A DNA stretch of 64,000 nt from a virus. The translations under genes and the position numbers were made by a program. Under the pieces are notes generated by a model, which did not search any database, had not been told where the DNA came from, and saw only the letters and a program-made list of their open reading frames with translations. Of the stretch, positions 31,120 through 39,449 are shown one piece after another (the first letter of the stretch is position 1; each line of letters begins with the position of its first letter). Where the stretch lies: the IMG/VR virus record IMGVR_UViG_3300038466_000014; one strand, given 5' to 3'.

Positions 31120-31147
31120 GGAGGTAATTAATTATCCAATTACCTCC
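31120..31147 (-). terminator. Hairpin, probable intrinsic terminator
   Basis: ggaggtaatt...aattacctcc with T-rich tail on minus strand. Confidence 0.45.
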
Positions 31148-31200
31148 GCTATGTAATTATTTGAACGCTTTAAAAATCAACCGTCTTGTTCCCGGAGATT

Positions 31201-31548
31201 TTACGGTTTCTCTTCGGAACCTGTTTCCGTATATGTATCGGTTCTGTTTCCATCGATATAATAAAATATTGATGGTTGTGGAGTAAAAATATCTGAATTT
31301 TCAACCACTACCAGTCGTTCATCTATATCCGAAACATCACCCTGTAATGCAAATACGTCGGCGAAAGTAGAAGATATATCCGATTTAACCGCTAATATCC
31401 GTGTATCGTGTGAATTAACAATTTACCTTGCGGTAGTCGGAATATTATCCGCCGTTTGGTGTGAAATATCGGCAGATGTAAACATCCGATCCGATCCGGT
31501 AATCTCTGTAAATTGTTGTTTCATATAATTTTCGTGTTTTAGTGTCAT
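31201..31548 (-). pseudogene. Decayed tail-fibre paralog
   Basis: MTLKHENY...TTAR*IVN...YYIDGNRTDTYTETGSEEKP*; in-frame TAA at 31423-31425. Confidence 0.7.
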
Positions 31549-31634
31549 TCTTAATTTCCTTATTTGTTCCCGGCAGTTATATGTATAAAATTTTAATCGT
31601 TATCAAATCAAACAATTATTGGTTTTTTATATTA

Positions 31635-32867
31635 TTATTCCAATATTGGTCTAATGATAGTATTATTTGTCTTTTCCACATTATGCGAATAATTCTTCCA
31701 ATCGTTTTCAATTTCAGGAAACATATAGAACCTTGCGTCGAAACTGGAAAAATTATTGTTAGAATTCATGTTCGCATTAATAATGTACCCTCCTATATGA
31801 GGAACCAAACCTTTTCTCTTTAAATAGTTTGTTTTACCTTCAAAACATCCACACTGCATTCCCATGATTCCCCCGAACATGGCCTGCATTTGAATATGCA
31901 AATGTCCTGAAAATAAAAACTTAATAGATGGTTTATTCTTTACACCGTTGGTAATCGAGTTGAGTTCGTCAAATGCCAACTGTTCTGCGGATTTCTGGAC
32001 CCTATACGAAACAGAATATACCTGTCCTCCGGATGGGTGCCATAATTTACAATCCACTCCATTAATAAGAGGTATAACCGCCTCATCAAATCCAACAAAT
32101 TTAATATCCGGTCTTTTATTGACTATTGATCTGATAATGTTAATACCACCACCCTTGGATAAAAAAGAATAATCATGATTTCCGCCAAGCATGTACCACT
32201 CAAATCCTACCGGAAGATTCTTTAAAACAGTTTCTTCCTGCTCCTTGGCGGTATAACAATAAACATCCAATTCCTGACCAGTATAAACTTTATATCCGGA
32301 AACAATATCTCCCGGCACAAGAATATGTTTAATCCCTTTAGTAGAACATATATGACAAAATTCATTCAACGCGGTTATCTGACAAGCCTTGGAACCAAAG
32401 TGCATATCCGATACTACAGCAAAAGAAAGTTCTTTTTCCTCAAGTGAACGCTCAAAAGTATATTTCTCATTAGACACACTTTCAGAAATAGACACAATAT
32501 TATTATCGACTACAATTTCATATCCAATTTTACGTAAAACATCTATCTGAGACATAATACTATTAGGAGACATTTTTGCTTCATCACATAAATCGAATAG
32601 TCTAACTACTTTACGGTCTTTTAGATATTCCATTAGATCAAATGATTTCGGCAGCTTAGGCGATATTTTAGCTTTTACTCTTAATCTTTCATTATGTTTC
32701 CATTTTACATTTCTAACGTATTTTCTAAATACTTCGATGGGTTTGGAATATTCAAATTCCGAGATAGCATAATCATACATATTTTTTATGTTTAAACTAC
32801 TAATGTCCCCATCTACCCTCTCGATGTGAGCCAATATATACCCGGTAAGATTTTTATACTCTGACAA
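31635..32867 (-). CDS. Calcineurin-like metallophosphoesterase with N-terminal HTH-like region
   Basis: SDMHFG, GDIVSG, GNHD, WHP, GHLH. Confidence 0.88.
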   Translation of the reverse strand: MSEYKNLTGYILAHIERVDGDISSLNIKNMYDYAISEFEYSKPIEVFRKYVRNVKWKHNERLRVKAKISPKLPKSFDLMEYLKDRKVVRLFDLCDEAKMSPNSIMSQIDVLRKIGYEIVVDNNIVSISESVSNEKYTFERSLEEKELSFAVVSDMHFGSKACQITALNEFCHICSTKGIKHILVPGDIVSGYKVYTGQELDVYCYTAKEQEETVLKNLPVGFEWYMLGGNHDYSFLSKGGGINIIRSIVNKRPDIKFVGFDEAVIPLINGVDCKLWHPSGGQVYSVSYRVQKSAEQLAFDELNSITNGVKNKPSIKFLFSGHLHIQMQAMFGGIMGMQCGCFEGKTNYLKRKGLVPHIGGYIINANMNSNNNFSSFDARFYMFPEIENDWKNYSHNVEKTNNTIIRPILE

Positions 32868-32944
32868 AATGTTTCTCCCCGGTAAAAGTTGAATTGGGTC
32901 AGATATACAAATGAAAATGTTTATTTTATAATAACATCCTTGTG

Positions 32945-32960
32945 TTTTAAAATTTGTCCT
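32945..32960 (-). promoter_or_regulatory. Class B promoter-like motif
   Basis: AGGACAAATTTTAAAA. Confidence 0.6.
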
Positions 32961-33234
32961 CTTGGATTTTAAACAAAAATCAACAAAAAAGAAGGTTTAG
33001 CGCAAGGGGAGACCGTAGTCCCCCATTTACTTGTTTTGATATATACTAATCTTTATGAAAGGAAAACAGAAATCTTCCGCCATAAACATAAGCTCCGTTT
33101 TCATCAATGGCATACCATGTATGGTAAAATATGCCCGGCGATTCACATAAATTAAATGACGATAAAAATTTACAGGTTGACCATAGATGTCGGGGTAGTA
33201 TATCCAAAGCCTCGGAATATACTACCCCGTTAGC

Positions 33235-33657
33235 TCAAGGAAGCAGGGAGCGAACACGTTCGCTCCTCGCTTTTCCTGATTTCAACCGTCCCCAGCATCG
33301 CTTGCTGGGGAGTCGGTCGGTTGTGACAATTATTTCACCATTAGCAAGATCGAGCATCCCGGGAACCGGGTACTCGACCTTAACCCAGTGTCTGCCAGCT
33401 GTCCGGAGACGAATATCTCCGGGCCTCGCAAACCACTGCGAGCCATAAGAACATATCCCGAATGCCACGAACGTTTGTACTCCCGACTCGGCGAAAATGA
33501 CCCTATAGCAATCGGGGTCATCCTGTCTTTCCCGCCCTTCCTTCAGGGCACGTAAATCACTCAACAGATTGTCCATGCACCCCCATCCAAACGTCCCGGA
33601 TAGGGCCTCCATAATTTCAATTGTCGAATCCAGATTATACATCGTTACCCCTTTCAA
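33235..33657 (-). CDS. Hypothetical protein, GC-rich relative to flanks
   Basis: ORF downstream of class A motif. Confidence 0.45.
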   Translation of the reverse strand: MKGVTMYNLDSTIEIMEALSGTFGWGCMDNLLSDLRALKEGRERQDDPDCYRVIFAESGVQTFVAFGICSYGSQWFARPGDIRLRTAGRHWVKVEYPVPGMLDLANGEIIVTTDRLPSKRCWGRLKSGKARSERVRSLLP

Positions 33658-33720
33658 TCCTCAATACCGCAACTATCCCGGACCAATTCCAGAACATTAG
33701 CGATATTGTTATTTGTTATT

Positions 33721-33734
33721 ATTTAATATATATA
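33721..33734 (-). promoter_or_regulatory. Class A promoter-like motif
   Basis: TATATATATTAAAT. Confidence 0.65.
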
Positions 33735-33738
33735 ATAA

Positions 33739-36315
33739 CTATTCATTTTCTACATTTTCATCCAATGTTAAATCAATTCCTTTATCGATCAGCCAGTCTC
33801 CCATCTGAATGAATATAGAATCGGTATCTGTATACAAAAGATACTTTATTAATTTCTCTTTATACCCTTCGGCAAATTCAGGATCAAAGTTTATCTCATT
33901 TGTCTTCATATACTCAGAAACATGATATCCGAGAAACTTAATTACTTCCTGTCCGGTAAGAGTAATAGACATTGCCAAATCATAGTTAAAGAATCTGAAT
34001 CCGGAATTTGCCAATACTCCATATAGGGCATTAGCCAAAATTTTATAAGCTGTTTGAATATTGTTATAATATTTCTCTTGTTCTTTCTCTTTACTTTTAA
34101 CATATACCTTCATCATATCTTTATATGTAGTACGCGAATCCATCAGATATTTCAGAATACTGTAAAGAAATGATAGCTCCTCATCATGACCTTTATATAT
34201 ACATCCGTTTATGGTTATAATATAATTATTGTCTATAATCCATTTTTCAAATTCATTATATGTAAATTGTTTTTCAATCATATTGTATAAAGGATCTAAA
34301 TATACTATAAAGTTATCTTTGTATCTGGATTGAATTTTATGTATAAAGTAATATGCCACATCTGTATCTACTTTCGCTACAAATGTATTTGGGCCTATGT
34401 TACAGCTTCTGACAATAGACGGATATAGAGACGTAAAGTCAAAGTCTATAACCCATTTATGAATTCCTGGTATTGGTTTTCTCACCACTGCTCCAGGAAT
34501 CTTAAACTTTTCTCCGATCTTAGGTCTGTTTCTGCATACACAATTTGAATTTTTGGCGTAAGACAACACCAGAGGATCCAGCAATCCAGTAGTGGTTTCT
34601 GCGGATCCCCAAGATGACGCGCAAATACGAATCAATTCATATTGTAACGATATATGTCCAAGTTTCTTGTCCAGTTCGTATAGAAGATCTGTATCGGTCT
34701 GCGAGTATTCCACGAACTTATGTATATCCTGTTCATATACGTGATCCAAGGTTCCTTCATAGGCAACTTTATCTTTTGATATATTTACTTTGGCTATGTG
34801 GGATAATTTATATGTGGGTTCTTTTCCCTGAGCAAATTTCTTATATAAAAACATCATATCCGGTATAGCTATTCCCGCTATATATGCCTTTTTAATATTG
34901 TTTATATCAAAACTCGCTCTTCCGACAGGAGAAATCTCGTTGAATGATATATGATTCTTTCGCATCCGCATAAACAAGGTTGGTATATCGAATGTAGATG
35001 TATTCCATCCTGTCAATATATCGGGCAATTCCGATTTCAATACTTTTATAAAATATAATATTAATTCTTTTTCAGTATCGAAAATTTTAACATCTTTATT
35101 ATCTAAAGATACCCCTGAATTTTTTATAACCCCTATGTCGTATATCAGCACCTGTGTAGGAGTATCTCCCATTTTATAAGATATGGCGTTTATCGGCGCA
35201 AGAGCGGTTTCCGGTCTGGGAAATGATTTTTTATGATCGTTCCACACCTCCATATCCCAATACATAGTCTTAAGATTGTAATTCTTTTCTGATAAATTTC
35301 TGAGAGTTTTCTGATAAAAATAGTCTATGGAATGTCTAAGATTTTTTTGCACATCGAATTCATATACTCCTACCTCATCACTTGGTTTTGTATCGAACCG
35401 GACAACGGCGTTTTCAACTTTTTCGACAATATCTGAAAAATCGAATGGTTTCTTTCCCTCGTAAAAATATCCATGATCACTCGATAATAAGTAAAACTTT
35501 TTTTCTTTTGTTTTAGCATTAACAAATGTGAAACAAATCTCTCTGGTCGCCTTTAAATTTTGACAGTCAATATATATCATATCGGGATCAAACATCCATT
35601 CCGGATAATTGAAATAAGTTATTGAATTATTTACTATAGAGTCCGGGGATTTATATTGCATTATATATTTAACGGCACTCTTAAAATCATTTAGAAATGA
35701 TTGATAGTCCTTTGTAAGTTTGCCATCAGTAGTTCTTATACCGCCATTTCGTTTCACGTAGGATGGGTGTGTCGTAATCATCACATCTCTTCCTTCAAAC
35801 TTATGGATCGTCCCCCCTTCCTGTGTTATCTTTTTAACGGATATACCAAGGGCTTTTGCTGAAGAATTACCCATGGCTAAAATCAATTTAGGATTGGTTA
35901 TTTTTATAATCTCAAGAAGATTGTTTCTGCAAAATGTATACGCCTCCTCTGGAGGATTTGCAGTGATCCATTTTTTTCCTTTTTTAGATAAGTTCGAACA
36001 TAAACATACATTGGATATGAATAGATTCAATTTACTCATTCCTGATTCAGTTTCCGCCGATCTGTATATGCTTCCGGCTCCTCCGATCAAAGGTCTTCCG
36101 GATTGCACTTCCTCATAGGCTGGAGCTTCTCCAAGGACCAGAATGTCTATATCTCTAATATACTCTCTATTACATTCTCCAGGAACTATCGGTTGTTTAT
36201 ATAAAGGACAATCGAAACAATTGGTAAATGGGGACTTCGGATTACTAATATTTCCCTCCTTTATAAAACAATTAAAATTTGAAAATCCTGTCAGATCTTG
36301 GCACCAGTCCAACAT
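33739..36315 (-). CDS. polB: Split family B DNA polymerase, large subunit: family-4 UDG + 3'-5' exonuclease + palm/fingers (true start possibly ATT at 36249)
   Basis: CFDCPL, GEAP, SNVCLC, HPSY (UDG4); WDMEV, GWNTSTFDIP, YSQTD (exo); DFDFTSLYPS, KILANALYG, YTDTDS. Confidence 0.93.
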   Translation of the reverse strand: MLDWCQDLTGFSNFNCFIKEGNISNPKSPFTNCFDCPLYKQPIVPGECNREYIRDIDILVLGEAPAYEEVQSGRPLIGGAGSIYRSAETESGMSKLNLFISNVCLCSNLSKKGKKWITANPPEEAYTFCRNNLLEIIKITNPKLILAMGNSSAKALGISVKKITQEGGTIHKFEGRDVMITTHPSYVKRNGGIRTTDGKLTKDYQSFLNDFKSAVKYIMQYKSPDSIVNNSITYFNYPEWMFDPDMIYIDCQNLKATREICFTFVNAKTKEKKFYLLSSDHGYFYEGKKPFDFSDIVEKVENAVVRFDTKPSDEVGVYEFDVQKNLRHSIDYFYQKTLRNLSEKNYNLKTMYWDMEVWNDHKKSFPRPETALAPINAISYKMGDTPTQVLIYDIGVIKNSGVSLDNKDVKIFDTEKELILYFIKVLKSELPDILTGWNTSTFDIPTLFMRMRKNHISFNEISPVGRASFDINNIKKAYIAGIAIPDMMFLYKKFAQGKEPTYKLSHIAKVNISKDKVAYEGTLDHVYEQDIHKFVEYSQTDTDLLYELDKKLGHISLQYELIRICASSWGSAETTTGLLDPLVLSYAKNSNCVCRNRPKIGEKFKIPGAVVRKPIPGIHKWVIDFDFTSLYPSIVRSCNIGPNTFVAKVDTDVAYYFIHKIQSRYKDNFIVYLDPLYNMIEKQFTYNEFEKWIIDNNYIITINGCIYKGHDEELSFLYSILKYLMDSRTTYKDMMKVYVKSKEKEQEKYYNNIQTAYKILANALYGVLANSGFRFFNYDLAMSITLTGQEVIKFLGYHVSEYMKTNEINFDPEFAEGYKEKLIKYLLYTDTDSIFIQMGDWLIDKGIDLTLDENVENE

Positions 36316-37060
36316 CCTCAGACAGCGGTTTTAAGAAATTGGATATACGTATATCCCAGGAAAATTCAATCATCTTATCAATATCTATTATGTAATAACT
36401 CGGAAGAAATTCCTCTTCGTATGGCATAGCAATAGCATTTCCAATTTTAATTCCTTCATCTATTAATTTCTTAATCCTGTCAGGAGATTTCATATAGTTA
36501 ATACCCTCAATATTAAACATATATCCTTTAGTACCTTGTTCGAAATATGGATATTCCAGTTTATTCCATAATTTCATACTTCTAATATGCATCGTCTGTG
36601 TTTTGTACTCATCATCATTTTTATTAAAATGGACAGGACGGGCAGCCTTCTTACTTCCTTCCAAAATACCAGTGATAAGTATTTCACGAGAGTCTGTTAT
36701 GAATTTAGCAATCTTTTTAAAATCTATATAGTATTCTCTAACAAGCATATCGAGTAACATAGACAATCTTTCTTTAGTAAATTCGGGATAATCCGATCTC
36801 CTAACCTCAATACCTTTATTCTCCATTTTATCCACAGGATCTTTTTCTTTATTTATGATGTGCAACGAATATTTCTTTCCCACTCCTGGGAAATATCCGG
36901 TATCTGCGACTAATTCCTGTTTGGCGTCAAAAAGATTGAACTTATCTTTGATATTATGTTTTCTGCCAAACTCCAGCGCTATAGGTACAATCGCGTTGGC
37001 TTTTATATTTTCAGCCTCTTTTAAAATAAGCGCAACGAGGTCTTCTTTTTTGATGCTCAT
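36272..37060 (-). CDS. Split family B DNA polymerase, C-terminal (thumb) subunit
   Basis: KQELVA...KKYSL, KGIEVRRSDYP: motifs that normally follow YxDTDS. Confidence 0.88.
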   Translation of the reverse strand: MSIKKEDLVALILKEAENIKANAIVPIALEFGRKHNIKDKFNLFDAKQELVADTGYFPGVGKKYSLHIINKEKDPVDKMENKGIEVRRSDYPEFTKERLSMLLDMLVREYYIDFKKIAKFITDSREILITGILEGSKKAARPVHFNKNDDEYKTQTMHIRSMKLWNKLEYPYFEQGTKGYMFNIEGINYMKSPDRIKKLIDEGIKIGNAIAMPYEEEFLPSYYIIDIDKMIEFSWDIRISNFLKPLSEDVGLVPRSDRIFKF

Positions 37061-38050
37061 CGGGCACCGCCCGATGATTCCAGTTGAACCGCCTTTTCGG
37101 AACTCTGGTTTGGCGGACCACCAATAGACCGCACGGCTGAAACACTGTGTCCAACCGTTTGCTCATAGAGAAACCACCCATTGGCAGAAACATTAAAGGC
37201 CGCGTTTGAGTCTCTATGGTCAAAGTGAGAACATGAACATTTGTAGTTCTTTCCGTTTGGTTTGTTGATACTTCCGCACCTTGAGCAAACCTGACTTGTA
37301 TAAGCAGGATTTACGAAGAAGATTGGTATGCCAAGCAAAGATGCTTTGTATTTGATAAAGGTTTCCAAAGCAAAACGATGTGATTTGGCATAGTCAACAA
37401 CGGAACGACTCACTTTATGATTGATATCTTTAACTCTGTTTGACTGTTTACTTCTGATTTTCTTTAAAGCATCTTTAGCACCTTTCTTTTGTAAGTTCTT
37501 TCTTCTATTGCGGAAACTTTTAGTTATTCCAGACACATCTGGACCTAACTTCCTAACCTTTCCAGACATAACATCCGCACAAACCACAACATTCTCCACA
37601 CTGTTTCTATCAACTCCAAGAAATCCTTGAATTTTCTGTTCTTGTAAAACAGGAGTGTTGTAAGAGTAGGATATAAACCATTGCCCATTTCTTTTGAAAA
37701 ACTCTGCCTGTCTAATAAAACCAGAAATGGTTTTAGGAAATACAACAGGCAAAATAGATTTTTTGAAGAAGGCTGGGATTCGAATACCACCATCTACAAT
37801 CTTTACTTGTTTTCCTTTATCACCGCAAACAGGTAAAACAAGATTTTTGACCTGCTTGATCTTTTTGTTTCTCTGATATTTAGAAATAAGACTTTTAGCA
37901 AGAACACAAGGTATCTCTTTGTAATATTTAGAAGAAGATTTAGTTCTGTCTTCTATCATTCTGTTTACACAAACAGAAGCTTTTTGGTATAACTCGTCCA
38001 AAATAGGAGTAAGATTGTGAGGTATAACGACCTTAAAAGTAAGACACATT
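37057..38050 (-). CDS. tnpB: TnpB RNA-guided nuclease homolog with RuvC-II segment missing (ORF track extends to 38127)
   Basis: FLGVDRN, NHKVSR, YKA, VNPAYTSQVCSRCG, DHRDSNAAFNV; no LEDL region. Confidence 0.9.
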
Positions 38051-38415
38051 GTAAGTTCTTTCTCGTATACCATGTTGTGTTTGTAACCAAGTTTCGCTAT
38101 AAAATTTTCCATCAACACATTCTCCAAGATTTGATTTTAACTCTTCCAGAAATGGCTAAACAAATGTCTGTAAATATTTCTGAAATAAACGGTGAAGAAG
38201 ACCACATACATTTTCTTTTGGAAACAACACCACAAGACAATCTTGGTGGTGTTATAGGGGCACTAAAAGCACGGTCTTCTTCGTATCTACACGACAAATA
38301 TATCTTTCCATATTTGGGAAAACATTCCAGAACTCTTTGGTCTTCTGGGTATTTTATAGTATCCACTGGCGGTGCTCCTTTAGATGTTATTAAAAAGTAT
38401 ATCCAAAACCAATAA
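38017..38415 (+). CDS. tnpA: IS200-type HUH Y1 transposase
   Basis: YHVVFVTKFR, EEDHIHFL, LWSSGYF, IKKYIQNQ. Confidence 0.95.
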   Translation: MRYNDLKSKTHCKFFLVYHVVFVTKFRYKIFHQHILQDLILTLPEMAKQMSVNISEINGEEDHIHFLLETTPQDNLGGVIGALKARSSSYLHDKYIFPYLGKHSRTLWSSGYFIVSTGGAPLDVIKKYIQNQ

Positions 38416-38488
38416 TAAGTATTAAATCCTACTTGTCAAGAGCCTAACCCCGAACACCGTTCGGGGATTGCGGCTCTAATACTGTTGA

Positions 38489-39154
38489 TTACACCTCCGT
38501 ACCAACCAATAGCTCCAGGTCTATATCACTATGATCCGAAAAAAATCTATCATTATCAACTTTTATATTTTTATTAAATAATTTCAAATAGTTTAACATT
38601 GACATAAGATCATCTTTATTATCTTCTTTCTCTATAATATCATTCACCGCCTCTAAAGCCAAATATTCTTTCCCGGATAATTTTTGTAGTTCGGATAGTT
38701 CCTTCTTAGAAATCTTTTTCTTTTTGTACTCGTTTAACTCCAAGTATTCCATCACCCCTGAATCGTTTTCTTCTTCTATTTTTTTAATCAATAGCTGTAA
38801 TTCGTATTTTTTTAGTAGTGGAAACTTCTGATGTAGATGTTGGATTTTCTCATCCACAGACGTAAATTTGAAAAACGATAAATCTTCTTTCTTTATATTA
38901 TAATACCGAATAAATTTCTTAAAGTATAAGAAAAATTCTGTATCATCTAATTTAAAAATATTATAATCGTTAAAATAATCATTTATAAAATCTGTTATAT
39001 TATCCATATAACCAAACATTGCTATAACAGATCTTTTTGATATTTGTTTTTGGATAACTGGATCGAGTGGAACATTTATAGGCTGATATAATAACCAATA
39101 TTTGAATTTAGCATATGGAGAATACTGTTTACCGCGTTCTTCTCCACCACTCAT
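38489..39154 (-). CDS. Hypothetical protein
   Basis: ORF in replication operon. Confidence 0.5.
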   Translation of the reverse strand: MSGGEERGKQYSPYAKFKYWLLYQPINVPLDPVIQKQISKRSVIAMFGYMDNITDFINDYFNDYNIFKLDDTEFFLYFKKFIRYYNIKKEDLSFFKFTSVDEKIQHLHQKFPLLKKYELQLLIKKIEEENDSGVMEYLELNEYKKKKISKKELSELQKLSGKEYLALEAVNDIIEKEDNKDDLMSMLNYLKLFNKNIKVDNDRFFSDHSDIDLELLVGTEV

Positions 39155-39155
39155 G

Positions 39156-39446
39156 CTATTCTATGTTTTCTATTTTTTTCTTCGCGTTTTTATAAATCGC
39201 ACAAATCTTTTTATCGTTGTTAATAGATATCTTTCTAAAATCTCTCATCATTGTAGCTATAAGCATGGATGCTCTCCGGCTCCTTCTCGCTGTAGATCTG
39301 ACGGTTTTTCCAACCTCAGCAAGCCGTATAAAATCATTGAATGTTTTCTTTATAGATTCGAGATATTCCGAATATGACTCTGTGGAATTTATTAACTCAT
39401 CACAATCGTCCTGATGTAAAACATAATTCTCTTCATTGATGCTCAT
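39156..39446 (-). CDS. Small basic protein resembling bacterial histone H1-like (Hc1-type) proteins
   Basis: STARRSRRASMLIATMMRDFRKIS. Confidence 0.45.
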   Translation of the reverse strand: MSINEENYVLHQDDCDELINSTESYSEYLESIKKTFNDFIRLAEVGKTVRSTARRSRRASMLIATMMRDFRKISINNDKKICAIYKNAKKKIENIE

Positions 39447-39449
39447 GTC

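Larger units (their letters stand above)
37050..38484 (-). mobile_element. IS200/IS605-family element, IS605-type (divergent tnpA/tnpB)
   Basis: TnpA + TnpB, left-end hairpin GAGCC..CCCCGAAC-GGT-GTTCGGGG..GGCTC, right-end hairpin ending ATCAA; ends delimited by the second copy at 51365-51511. Confidence 0.9.

Noticed and set aside
26052-31548. Diversity-generating retroelement or shufflon
   Set aside because: No reverse transcriptase or recombinase seen; repeats are diverged at all bases rather than adenine-specific, and all are in direct orientation.
33739-37060. Split-intein or frameshift origin of the two PolB genes
   Set aside because: No intein motifs at the termini, and the C-terminal part lies upstream.
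37050-38489. TTGAT as a 5-bp target-site duplication
   Set aside because: Y1 transposases do not duplicate targets, and the second copy has ATGAA left versus ATCAA right, so ATCAA belongs to the right end.
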